Assembly: GCA_001189215.1 (NCBI GenBank)
Contig: LFCR01000006.1
Coordinates: forward strand, 840 to 64,839
Direction: 5' to 3'
Length of the DNA: 64,000 nucleotides
Source: Parcubacteria bacterium C7867-008
Lineage (GTDB): Bacteria; Patescibacteriota; Minisyncoccia; Phycocordibacterales; Phycocordibacteraceae
Shown: one piece after another, positions 31,543 through 40,217 of the stretch
Layout of the letters: each line of letters starts with the position of its first letter
Position numbering within the stretch: position 1 is the first letter of the stretch
Notes under the pieces: model-generated
Told to the model about the DNA's origin: nothing
Database searches by the model: none
Seen by the model: only the letters and a program-made list of their open reading frames with translations
Made by a program: the position numbers and the translations under genes

Positions 31543-32205
31543 ATGAATCTCATGGTCATAGTTTTCTATGTACAGAACGTCCTCGCATCACTTCTCCTAG
31601 GTGGCAAATTTGCCATTCGCCGTGATCCAGTTTCGAAGAATTTCGGTATCGCTCTCTTGTTTGATGCAATCGCATTCGCTATTTGGTCTGCAGCAGTCAT
31701 CCTTAAGCCAGAAGCAATCCAAGAGTACATCTCATTCGGTACCATGGCCTTTGTGGTATCGCTATTCTTCCTGCTCGCATCTGGAGTTCAGCAGTTCCAG
31801 AAGAGTGCTCGAACAACCACACTTGTTATAGGTGCAATTGTTGGAATCGGTATTTTCTTCCTTGGGGGGCTTACCTCGTATCCGTCTCTTCCAGGATTCT
31901 CGCCTGAAGGATTCTTCTTCTTCAATGTGCATCCACTTCTACAAGCACTCTATGTGTTTGCCTTCATTATTGCTGCAATCCCAGCAATCGAAGCAATTTC
32001 ATCTAAGTTCCGTGGTAAATTCGCAACACTTATCCGTTATGGATTTATCCTTGAACTTGCAGGCGGTATTCTATTGATTACGTCAGTAAGTACAATGGCA
32101 AGTGCCGCAGCACTTTATCTCATTGGATGGGTGATTGGCATTGTGTACTTCGCACTTTGGACGACCATTCTATTCAACCGCAGTATTTGGGCAGAGGGTA
32201 ACTAA
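31543..32205 (+). CDS. stand-alone 7TM membrane protein
   Basis: About seven hydrophobic helices and no cytoplasmic output domain. Confidence 0.7.
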   Translation: MNLMVIVFYVQNVLASLLLGGKFAIRRDPVSKNFGIALLFDAIAFAIWSAAVILKPEAIQEYISFGTMAFVVSLFFLLASGVQQFQKSARTTTLVIGAIVGIGIFFLGGLTSYPSLPGFSPEGFFFFNVHPLLQALYVFAFIIAAIPAIEAISSKFRGKFATLIRYGFILELAGGILLITSVSTMASAAALYLIGWVIGIVYFALWTTILFNRSIWAEGN

Positions 32206-32265
32206 AACCATAGCTACTTTCTCGTTTCTTCTGCTCTACGATAGAGTAAGGACAACGCCTTACCT

Positions 32266-33216
32266 ATGAATCTATTGCTCACCGGAATCACCGGAAACGT
32301 GGGTCACGAAGTTGCTCTTGAACTCGACCGGCGTTCAATACATATCACCCCTCTTGTTAGAAAGGGCAGACAAGATCTCTCAGTTGGACCACTTCACTTT
32401 AATGAAGTGGTCCTTGCTGATCTGTTAAGTGATGACGATATTCAAATCATGGGAACTATAGATTGCATCATTCACTGCGCAGGTGCTGTGCATTTTCGAG
32501 ATGCAGGCACCAAAAATCAGGAAATGATGAATCGAATCGTGTCTCTAGCAAAGAAGTTAGACGTGCCAGTGTATTTCGCTAGTACTGCTTTTGTTTATAG
32601 ACCTGAAGGATCTTCCTTAATACCATCAAACAGTTACGAAGAAGACAAACTAAAGGCTGAAGAGATTCTAATAGAATCAGGTGTTGAGTATTGCATCTTA
32701 CGTCCTTCAGTCCTCGTCGGAAGCACTGCTACTGGTGCACTTCAAAACTACAGTGGGTACTATCAGATTGTAAAAGCATTCCTCGCTGCGGCTGAAGTTG
32801 CAAAGAAGCAGGGACGTACACTTAAGTTTCCTAAAGCGCAGGGCTTCTCACCCATACTTCCTATTGATCAAGCAGCTGAGTATCTTGTCTCATCAGCAGT
32901 AGAAGGAAGGAGAGGAATTGAATACATCACTAACTCAAACCCTCCTTCAACAGATTGGGTTCTCACCGAGACGTTAGAATTCTTTTCCATACAGGAGACC
33001 GTCGTTGGTATTGATTGTTCCTTTGAACAGTTCAGTACACGTACCCATACCGAAGAAGAGGCAACGTTATTCCATTTTATAGAAAACTTCAGTCCGTATT
33101 GGGCTTTGGACTATACTTTCCCACAATCCCAAATAATCGAGAACCTAATCAATCACGAGTACATGGTTAAGACATTAGAACGGTTTAGTGCAGATAATGA
33201 TATTGTCTATGCGTAA
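32266..33216 (+). CDS. extended SDR / fatty-acyl or thioester reductase-like oxidoreductase
   Basis: LLTGITGNVG, IIHCAG, STAFV, YEEDK (YxxxK), ILRPSVLVG. Confidence 0.85.
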   Translation: MNLLLTGITGNVGHEVALELDRRSIHITPLVRKGRQDLSVGPLHFNEVVLADLLSDDDIQIMGTIDCIIHCAGAVHFRDAGTKNQEMMNRIVSLAKKLDVPVYFASTAFVYRPEGSSLIPSNSYEEDKLKAEEILIESGVEYCILRPSVLVGSTATGALQNYSGYYQIVKAFLAAAEVAKKQGRTLKFPKAQGFSPILPIDQAAEYLVSSAVEGRRGIEYITNSNPPSTDWVLTETLEFFSIQETVVGIDCSFEQFSTRTHTEEEATLFHFIENFSPYWALDYTFPQSQIIENLINHEYMVKTLERFSADNDIVYA

Positions 33217-34288
33217 TGATCGCATTAGCTACAGTCAGTGCTGGGAGGATCCTGAAGTACTTCAGGCGGCACTCATGGTTACTTCCGGAGATTCAGTCTT
33301 ATCTATTAGTTCGGGAGGAGATAATACACTGGCGCTTCTTTCAAAGGGACCAAAAAGAGTGGTGTCTATTGATCTCAACCCTGCACAGAACTATTTGCTT
33401 GAACTTAAACATGCTGCAGCAAGGCAGCTTTCATATGCGGAATATCTAGAATTTCTAGGGGTACGAGAATCAACGCAACGAGTTGATATATATAAAACCA
33501 TCAGCTCAAGTCTTTCAGCAGAAGCAGTAGTGTGGTGGGGAACGCACACCAACCTCATTAGAAACGGCATTATTCACTCAGGACGATTCGAGAAGTTCGT
33601 GCGATTCTTTGCTCGGTATGTGTTGCCATACATCCATTCACGAAAGACCATTACCTCCTTGCTTTCTTCCTCAGAGATTGAAGCTCAGAAGGAGTTCTAC
33701 GAGACAAAGTGGAATACGGCTCTTTGGAGACTCTTCTTCAGGATCGCATCAAGTCGTTTTCTGTTGGGTCGTGCGCGTCAACCCATAATGTTTACTCAAG
33801 CAGACACAGGGGGTGTTGCAGAAATATACCGACAGCGACTTGAACGACATCTACGTACTAAAACGGTGCGTGGTAATTTCTTTCTTGAGTACAACCTTAC
33901 CGGCAATTATGTACATGGATTACCACCGTACCTTGAAGAGAACTGTTATCAGTCTTTGAGAAAGCAGGACAAGGACTCTCTCTGCATTGTTTCTGATACG
34001 GTACTCGAATACTTTCGCTCTACCCCTGATACAACATTCTCTGCATACAATCTCTCAGACATATTTGAAGCGCTATCTGATTCTGAGCATGAATCTATGT
34101 GGCAGGAGATAGTTCGTACTGCAAAGCCAGGCGCGCGGATCGCATACTGGACTAATCTGGTACCACGAACTATTCCTATAACTGTTGCAGCTTCAGTCAC
34201 TGATGAGCACCTGTTTGCAGAGGACCTCCATGCAAAGGATCGTGTGTTTTTCTACGACACCTTTAAAGTTCACACTATTGTGAAATGA
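33209..34288 (+). CDS. BtaA/DUF3419 family SAM-dependent aminocarboxypropyl transferase-like protein
   Basis: YSQCWEDP, SISSGGDNTL, IDLNPAQ, GRFE, NLSDIFE, DRVFFY. Confidence 0.85.
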   Translation: MRNDRISYSQCWEDPEVLQAALMVTSGDSVLSISSGGDNTLALLSKGPKRVVSIDLNPAQNYLLELKHAAARQLSYAEYLEFLGVRESTQRVDIYKTISSSLSAEAVVWWGTHTNLIRNGIIHSGRFEKFVRFFARYVLPYIHSRKTITSLLSSSEIEAQKEFYETKWNTALWRLFFRIASSRFLLGRARQPIMFTQADTGGVAEIYRQRLERHLRTKTVRGNFFLEYNLTGNYVHGLPPYLEENCYQSLRKQDKDSLCIVSDTVLEYFRSTPDTTFSAYNLSDIFEALSDSEHESMWQEIVRTAKPGARIAYWTNLVPRTIPITVAASVTDEHLFAEDLHAKDRVFFYDTFKVHTIVK

Positions 34289-35169
34289 AACTAAATCTCC
34301 TAAAAAGAATACGAACATATCAGAAAGAGCGGTTCCCACTAGTGGTACTGCTCCTCAGTCTCGTACCCGCAATTCTTAGTTCTGGTGCAGTGGTTGGGGG
34401 AGTGGTGCACCTGGTTCCTCTACTCTGTGCCGTTGTTGTTTCAGTTGCATATTTAGCGCACATTCGAATCATTGATGAACAGCGCGACTATCTCCATGAC
34501 AATGAATACCACAAGACACGTCCTATTCAGGCAGGGGTGATAACGCTATCTGAGCTTCGTACGATAGATCTAGGTATTGTCGTACTAATTCTGGCAGTCT
34601 CTTTTTCGTTAGGACTAATTCCACTGATTACTTCGCTAGTGTTAATTGCGTATTCATACCTTGCCGGTAGGGAATTCTTCTTGGGTGAGAGGTTGCGATC
34701 TCATTTCTTTCTGTATAACAGCGTTAATCTGTTGCAGATGGTATTGATGCAGGTGTTGGTGTATGCCATGTTCGGATTATCAACACTACCTACTGCGCTT
34801 ATAGTACTACACTTCCTTTTCACCACCTCAGGAACACTCATCTTTGAGTTCCTACGAAAGGTAAAAATTCCTGGTGAAGATGGAACCGGCAAGGACACGT
34901 ATACCTGGTATGTCCCTTTTGGGAGAGCACTCTGGATATACTTCCTCCTTTTCTTGGTGACGGTATCACTCTTCTTCCTGCTTATTTTACATACTCAAAT
35001 AAATCAGTATTGGTGGATGTGGATAGGGATTATTGAGGTTTGTTCTGCTCTATTTTGGACGATCCTACACAGTACGCAAAAGACGCATAAGACAGAACAG
35101 GCCTTGCAAGGCTCCTTTCTCCTTAATTATGCGATTCTCAATATGATCATTTACTTTGCTATCATCTAG
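34285..35169 (+). CDS. UbiA-family prenyltransferase-like membrane protein
   Basis: RIIDEQRDYLHD...RPIQAG aspartate-rich motif, FEFLRK...DTYT and about eight TM helices. Confidence 0.8.
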   Translation: MKLNLLKRIRTYQKERFPLVVLLLSLVPAILSSGAVVGGVVHLVPLLCAVVVSVAYLAHIRIIDEQRDYLHDNEYHKTRPIQAGVITLSELRTIDLGIVVLILAVSFSLGLIPLITSLVLIAYSYLAGREFFLGERLRSHFFLYNSVNLLQMVLMQVLVYAMFGLSTLPTALIVLHFLFTTSGTLIFEFLRKVKIPGEDGTGKDTYTWYVPFGRALWIYFLLFLVTVSLFFLLILHTQINQYWWMWIGIIEVCSALFWTILHSTQKTHKTEQALQGSFLLNYAILNMIIYFAII

Positions 35170-35171
35170 GC

Positions 35172-37442
35172 ATGCGTGCCGGCGGGAAAGCAGATTCACT
35201 CAAGAAAATTAGAAGCGCTGGACTTAATGTCCCACCGTTTATTGTCTGTGGTCCAACATGGTCTTTAGATACGATACTCACTACCGTTCAGAAAGAACTG
35301 CCTGAAGTACAGTATTTTGCCGTTCGGTCTTCTGGTGCTCAGGAGGATTCAAAGAAGCAATCATTCGCTGGGCAATTCTATTCTGCAGTTGGTGTCTCGT
35401 TTTCAGATATATCGAATGAAGTTAGTAACGTGCGCACATCCTTTGGTGAAATGGAGGGCTCGGTCATTATTCAAGAGTTTATCGCTAGTGATTATGCTGG
35501 TGTTTTATTTACGAGAGTTGGTGGAGATGTATCAGTGCTTAATGCTATAGAAGGACTATGTCTGCCAGTGGTTAATGGTGAGTCTTGTGATGAATACATT
35601 TGTGCAGAGGACGGTACGCTACAGAGCGTAACGATTCCAGAAGAGAAAGAGGCTATGCGTTTCCGGGAGGGGAGGATGGTACACGAAAAACGATCAGGGC
35701 ACGCGCTTACTTCAGAACAGATTTCAAAGGTGCTTGTGATTGGCAGGCAACTGGAGCAGCTCTTTGGGTGCCCGCAAGATATTGAGTGGTGTTTCCGTGG
35801 AGAAGAACTCTATATATTGCAGTCTCGTCCTATAACTAAAGGATTCATAATTGAACAAGAGATTCATTTTGATAGTGCAAATATCGCTGAAAGTTATTCA
35901 GGTATTGTTCTCCCACTCACGTGTACATTTGCTAGCACGGTATACGAACAGGTATATAAAGACTTGCTGATTAAGTCTGGTATTTCAAGCCGGAAGGTTG
36001 AACAGCACTCAACCATATTTGAGAATCTGCTCGCGTTCTCCTACGGAAGGATGTACTACAACATGAATAATTGGTACCGGATGGCAGAATTTGCTCCCGG
36101 GTATAAGAGAAACAAACAGAACTTTGAGCGAATGATAACCAGCTCAATTCAGGAAGACGTGAGCAGGGCAATTCGTCCTCACTGGAGCTTTATAATTCTG
36201 TACCCTTGGATTATTGCCTGGAAGATCATGGGCTTTGACTATACGTGCTGGCAATTCAAAACAAAGGTTACTAAACATCTCCGTGATCTTCGAGTTCAAG
36301 ACTTTGAGAAACTTGAGTACGCATCCTGCATACAGCTATTTGATTCTATTAATCAGAATCTACTCAGACGCTGGTATGTAACGGTGGAGAATGATTTCTT
36401 TGTTATGACGTATTTAGGAATACTCGGAAAGCTCCTTAATGAAAAAGAACTCCAAGAATCAATTATCTTTCCAAGCAAGGCGACAGAACAGATTCAAGCT
36501 CTTGTAGAACTAAGTAACACGTTAAGCGGAAACAGTGAGGCGTGGAAGGCAGTTGAATCTAACGACCCAAATAGTTTTGGATCGGTACTGCAGGCTAACC
36601 CTGAACTTCAGAAGTCTCTTGATGAATATCTTGATATCTTTGGCGGTAGATTTGCGAATGAATTGAAACTTGAATCGGTTGATGTTGATGAGGATGTTAC
36701 CAGGTTGTTTGCCCTACTTAAAGCATATCGTACTCACGAGCTTAAAACAGAACAGCAAGCTCTAGCTACCCCTAAAAGTCTAATTGTGCGCATGGTGCTT
36801 TCCGTGTTTAAAAAGCATGCCGGTAGACGAGAAGAATTTCGGCTACTGCGTTCTAATACATTTGCGATGGCTCGGAAACTATTTAAACGGATGGGACATA
36901 TTCTTACTGAGGAGCGAGTTCTTTTAGATGAGAAAGATGTGTTTTATCTCCACCTTAGTGAACTCATGTCAGCTGAGGCACCATCCAACTATCATTTGAA
37001 AGATGTGGTTGCTAAACGTAAAGACGAGTACTCACAGTATGCAGATGTGCACCCACCTGCGTACTTTTCAAGTAGGGGAGGTAGGCCACCGGCAATGGAA
37101 ATACAGAATACAACTCAACCTAATGACAAAACGATATACGGTAAGCCAGCATCTCCAGGAATCGTTTCAGGCAAGGTGCGCGTCTTTGGTGACTTTCATA
37201 TCCCGAATGAAATTGATTTTGATATTCTCATAACGTCTCATACCGATCCTGGATGGACTCCACTCATTGCGCTGTCTAAAGGTCTCATTATCGAGCACGG
37301 AGGCGTGCTCTCGCATGCTTCTATTGTTGCTCGTGAGTTGGGTGTCCCTGCGGTGATTGGTATTAGCAATGCCATGCAGATCTTCAAGGATGGTCAGGAA
37401 GTGCGCATAGATGGATCTACTGGCAGTATTACCGTCCTATAG
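35172..37442 (+). CDS. PEP-utilizing/PPDK-type enzyme with rifampin-phosphotransferase-like domain order
   Basis: N-terminal GGKA, AVRSS..ED...SFAGQF, QDIEW and LQSRPIT. C-terminal swivel domain TDPGW...GGVLSHASIVARELGVP. Confidence 0.88.
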   Translation: MRAGGKADSLKKIRSAGLNVPPFIVCGPTWSLDTILTTVQKELPEVQYFAVRSSGAQEDSKKQSFAGQFYSAVGVSFSDISNEVSNVRTSFGEMEGSVIIQEFIASDYAGVLFTRVGGDVSVLNAIEGLCLPVVNGESCDEYICAEDGTLQSVTIPEEKEAMRFREGRMVHEKRSGHALTSEQISKVLVIGRQLEQLFGCPQDIEWCFRGEELYILQSRPITKGFIIEQEIHFDSANIAESYSGIVLPLTCTFASTVYEQVYKDLLIKSGISSRKVEQHSTIFENLLAFSYGRMYYNMNNWYRMAEFAPGYKRNKQNFERMITSSIQEDVSRAIRPHWSFIILYPWIIAWKIMGFDYTCWQFKTKVTKHLRDLRVQDFEKLEYASCIQLFDSINQNLLRRWYVTVENDFFVMTYLGILGKLLNEKELQESIIFPSKATEQIQALVELSNTLSGNSEAWKAVESNDPNSFGSVLQANPELQKSLDEYLDIFGGRFANELKLESVDVDEDVTRLFALLKAYRTHELKTEQQALATPKSLIVRMVLSVFKKHAGRREEFRLLRSNTFAMARKLFKRMGHILTEERVLLDEKDVFYLHLSELMSAEAPSNYHLKDVVAKRKDEYSQYADVHPPAYFSSRGGRPPAMEIQNTTQPNDKTIYGKPASPGIVSGKVRVFGDFHIPNEIDFDILITSHTDPGWTPLIALSKGLIIEHGGVLSHASIVARELGVPAVIGISNAMQIFKDGQEVRIDGSTGSITVL

Positions 37443-37444
37443 CT

Positions 37445-38446
37445 ATGGAACTAAGAATGTACTCTCCTGACGATCCATCAGCATTCTTTGCACTACTTAC
37501 AAAGAAATATATCCAACATGAGAACTTCGAGTACTTCCTAAAGGATTCTGAGATTGCATATACATTCTGTACTCAAAGCACATCTATAACCTTTATTCCG
37601 ATTGCTGCATTTGAAGATGGTATATGTGTTGCACACATTGCACTCATACTTGATAGCAGACTTCCAAAAGGTGAGGCCTTCTTTGGCTTTCTCGAAGTAC
37701 CTAATGATGCATCCTGTTTTGATAAGCTCTGGGACGCTCTCCTTAGGGAATCTCAGCATCACGGCATAACTACGCTTAAAGGGCCCGTTAATGGTAGTAT
37801 CTGGCATCAGTATCGTTGTATAGAAGAAACAGATGGTTCGGAATTCTTCACTGCAGAACCGATAACAGAAACCTATTACTACCATCTGCTTACTGAGAAG
37901 CGTCCGAGTTCTGAAATACAGTATTTCTCTGCTTATCGCACTCGTTACAGCATGATTCTTACGCTCCTGGGTGCCGCATCATATACTCGTCTTTCTCTCA
38001 CCGGATTTTCCATTAAGGAAGCAACAGAGGTCAGTATTGAAGAAATGCGAACCATTGCAGACATATCAAAGAAGACGTTCCATTCAAATTGGGGCTATAC
38101 AGAACTAACAGAGCAAGAATTCCTACAACTCTATTCTCCTCAGAAACTGAATGCACATCTCAATAGTTTGTATCTTCTCTATAAAGGTGAGGCGATTATA
38201 GGATTCCTTAGTACAGCAAAAGAGAATGATTCAACATTAATTTGTAAGACGATTTGTATTGTACCCGAGTACCAAGGACAAGGGCTCGGAAATGCGCTTG
38301 CATACAAGTTACATCAAGATGCAGAAAATAATGGCATTACCAAAATTGTGTATGCCCTTATACGAGAAGGGAATGCCATAAAGAAATTTCCAAAAGAGCA
38401 CGCAGTTATCTTTCGTAAATACGCTGCATTTGAATTCACGCTATAA
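37445..38446 (+). CDS. GNAT-family acyltransferase
   Basis: FFGFLE, LKGPVNGS and acyl-CoA motif IVPEYQGQGLG. Confidence 0.8.
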   Translation: MELRMYSPDDPSAFFALLTKKYIQHENFEYFLKDSEIAYTFCTQSTSITFIPIAAFEDGICVAHIALILDSRLPKGEAFFGFLEVPNDASCFDKLWDALLRESQHHGITTLKGPVNGSIWHQYRCIEETDGSEFFTAEPITETYYYHLLTEKRPSSEIQYFSAYRTRYSMILTLLGAASYTRLSLTGFSIKEATEVSIEEMRTIADISKKTFHSNWGYTELTEQEFLQLYSPQKLNAHLNSLYLLYKGEAIIGFLSTAKENDSTLICKTICIVPEYQGQGLGNALAYKLHQDAENNGITKIVYALIREGNAIKKFPKEHAVIFRKYAAFEFTL

Positions 38447-38449
38447 CAT

Positions 38450-39067
38450 ATGGAACTTTTAGGACTTATTTTCGCTTCATCTATTTGCATCCTTATAACA
38501 GAAGTGTTGAAACGAAGGTTTTCTCTCCCTGCCTCAATAACAAGAAGGGTAGTGCATGTGCTAACAGCAGTAGTTGCAGCAGCAGCCCCGCTGTTTGTAT
38601 CTGAGAGGGAGATAATTATAGTAAGTCTCTTATTTGCTGCAGTCTTATGGTGGAGTCATTCACGTGGACTCCTCTCATCTATTCATTCTGTTGAGCGCAA
38701 GACATTCGGAGAAGTATGGCTCCCAATTGGTATAGCCATAACTGCTTTCTTGTTCCTCCCAAACTCAGTTGCCTCGTTCCAGTTTGGAGTACTTATCATG
38801 GGTATTTCAGACCCTATAGCAGGCTTCGTTGGAGAAACCCGAGGGAAGCGACGATTAGCATTTCTTGGATCAACTAAAAGTATTGAAGGATCAGCTGCTT
38901 TCTTTACTTCAAGTATGCTTCTCACAGCTCTCCTCATACCAGTATTTGGGTGCCATCTCCTTCTTATACCGTTACTGCTTACTATTCTAGAATTTGTACT
39001 GATCTTCGGATTAGATAATCTATTTCTCCCTATTGCAGGAGCTTTTCTTGCGCAGATGTTCCTTTGA
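38450..39067 (+). CDS. dolichol/phytol kinase-like (CTP_transf_1 superfamily) membrane protein
   Basis: RRVVH, SDPIAGFVG, KSIEGS, GLDNLFLP. Confidence 0.85.
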   Translation: MELLGLIFASSICILITEVLKRRFSLPASITRRVVHVLTAVVAAAAPLFVSEREIIIVSLLFAAVLWWSHSRGLLSSIHSVERKTFGEVWLPIGIAITAFLFLPNSVASFQFGVLIMGISDPIAGFVGETRGKRRLAFLGSTKSIEGSAAFFTSSMLLTALLIPVFGCHLLLIPLLLTILEFVLIFGLDNLFLPIAGAFLAQMFL

Positions 39068-39176
39068 CTGGTGGTGTAACGTATTACTGGCTTGCTGTTT
39101 AGATCCGAATATGGGGAAAGGAAACACGCATGAAGTTTACGTGATGCTACTATATACATAGTTCTGCACTCACCAC

Positions 39177-40211
39177 ATGAGAAGTGATATCTTTCTTTCG
39201 CGTCCGGGACCTCGAGTATCTTCGAGGTATTTAGTAATTCCCAACCGATATTCCTTCAAGTTGGTTCGTAGTGTCCGTCAGCCAAAGGAGGCGCCTGCAG
39301 TGTCTTCTGAGTTTGCTCCAGCAACTATCCGTGAATCTGTAGTTGCTGAAGTAGTAGCACAGGTTGTTCTAGATGCGGAAGTACGTGAAGTGGTACGTGT
39401 TCCAGGAAAAGGCAGCAAAAAGAATAAAAAGGAGGTTTCTGAACGAGTTGATGAGAGCAAACGACTATTCCTTCGTTTAGCTGGTATTGCAGGTCTCGGT
39501 GTAGTGGCATCAACGGTCCTCCCTAAAAATGCTCAGGCATATGTAATGGGAAGCTCACCAACCTCTGGAGTAGTGGGTCTAAAGAATGGATCTAATGTAC
39601 GTGTCGATCCTGCTACCGAAGGAGGTAACCTGGCTTCAATAAAGACCAATACAGATCCGCTTGTATCTTCTGGCGGAGGTGGGTATGTGCGCCAGGACTC
39701 TACCGCAACCATTGCAAAAGAGACGGGAGGTAATCTTGCCACAATAGCAGGAAAGGATTTTGCTACGGAAGCAACTCTCGCAGAGATTAAGGCACAAACT
39801 GACAAGTTCACCTTCAGTGGCAGTAACCTTCTTACGTCAGGTGGGGGAGGGGGCGGCGGTGCTGTTACGGTTAACGACACCACTGACACACAGATCAATC
39901 CAGCCACTGATGAGGGAGTCACGCTCTTACGTAGGCTTGTTAAGCAATCTGATTCGTTGGCGGTGGTGGATTCAGCACAGCGTCAGAAGGTAACCATCGA
40001 TTCAATCAGTGGATCACTCACTCTTGGTACGATAACAACCGTGGGTACAGTGACGGCAGTTACCACGGTTTCTACCGTAACCACCGTTGGTACCGTTACT
40101 TCTGCTACCAACCTGGTTGCTCTAGGAGGTGTTGATGGAAGATATCTACATATAGATACGGCGAGGAACATGTATGCTAATGGTATACGGAGCAATTTGG
40201 CATTCTCCTAA
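39177..40211 (+). CDS. phage-structural-like protein with a twin-arginine-type signal
   Basis: SKRLFLR-LAGIAGLGVVASTVLP-KNAQA at 39456-39539, (P)ATE..L..IK..TD repeats and a TV(T/G)TV triplet run. The start codon is uncertain. Confidence 0.7.
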   Translation: MRSDIFLSRPGPRVSSRYLVIPNRYSFKLVRSVRQPKEAPAVSSEFAPATIRESVVAEVVAQVVLDAEVREVVRVPGKGSKKNKKEVSERVDESKRLFLRLAGIAGLGVVASTVLPKNAQAYVMGSSPTSGVVGLKNGSNVRVDPATEGGNLASIKTNTDPLVSSGGGGYVRQDSTATIAKETGGNLATIAGKDFATEATLAEIKAQTDKFTFSGSNLLTSGGGGGGGAVTVNDTTDTQINPATDEGVTLLRRLVKQSDSLAVVDSAQRQKVTIDSISGSLTLGTITTVGTVTAVTTVSTVTTVGTVTSATNLVALGGVDGRYLHIDTARNMYANGIRSNLAFS

Positions 40212-40217
40212 TTCTGT

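Noticed and set aside
34285-35169. UbiA supplying ubiquinone to the cyo oxidase
   Set aside because: No other ubi genes are present and it is translationally coupled to the BtaA-like gene, so only family-level similarity is supported.
35172-37442. Rifampin resistance gene or true PEP synthase
   Set aside because: The domain order is RPH-like, but the context is a lipid operon, the substrate cannot be read from sequence, and no PEP synthase C-terminal barrel is present.
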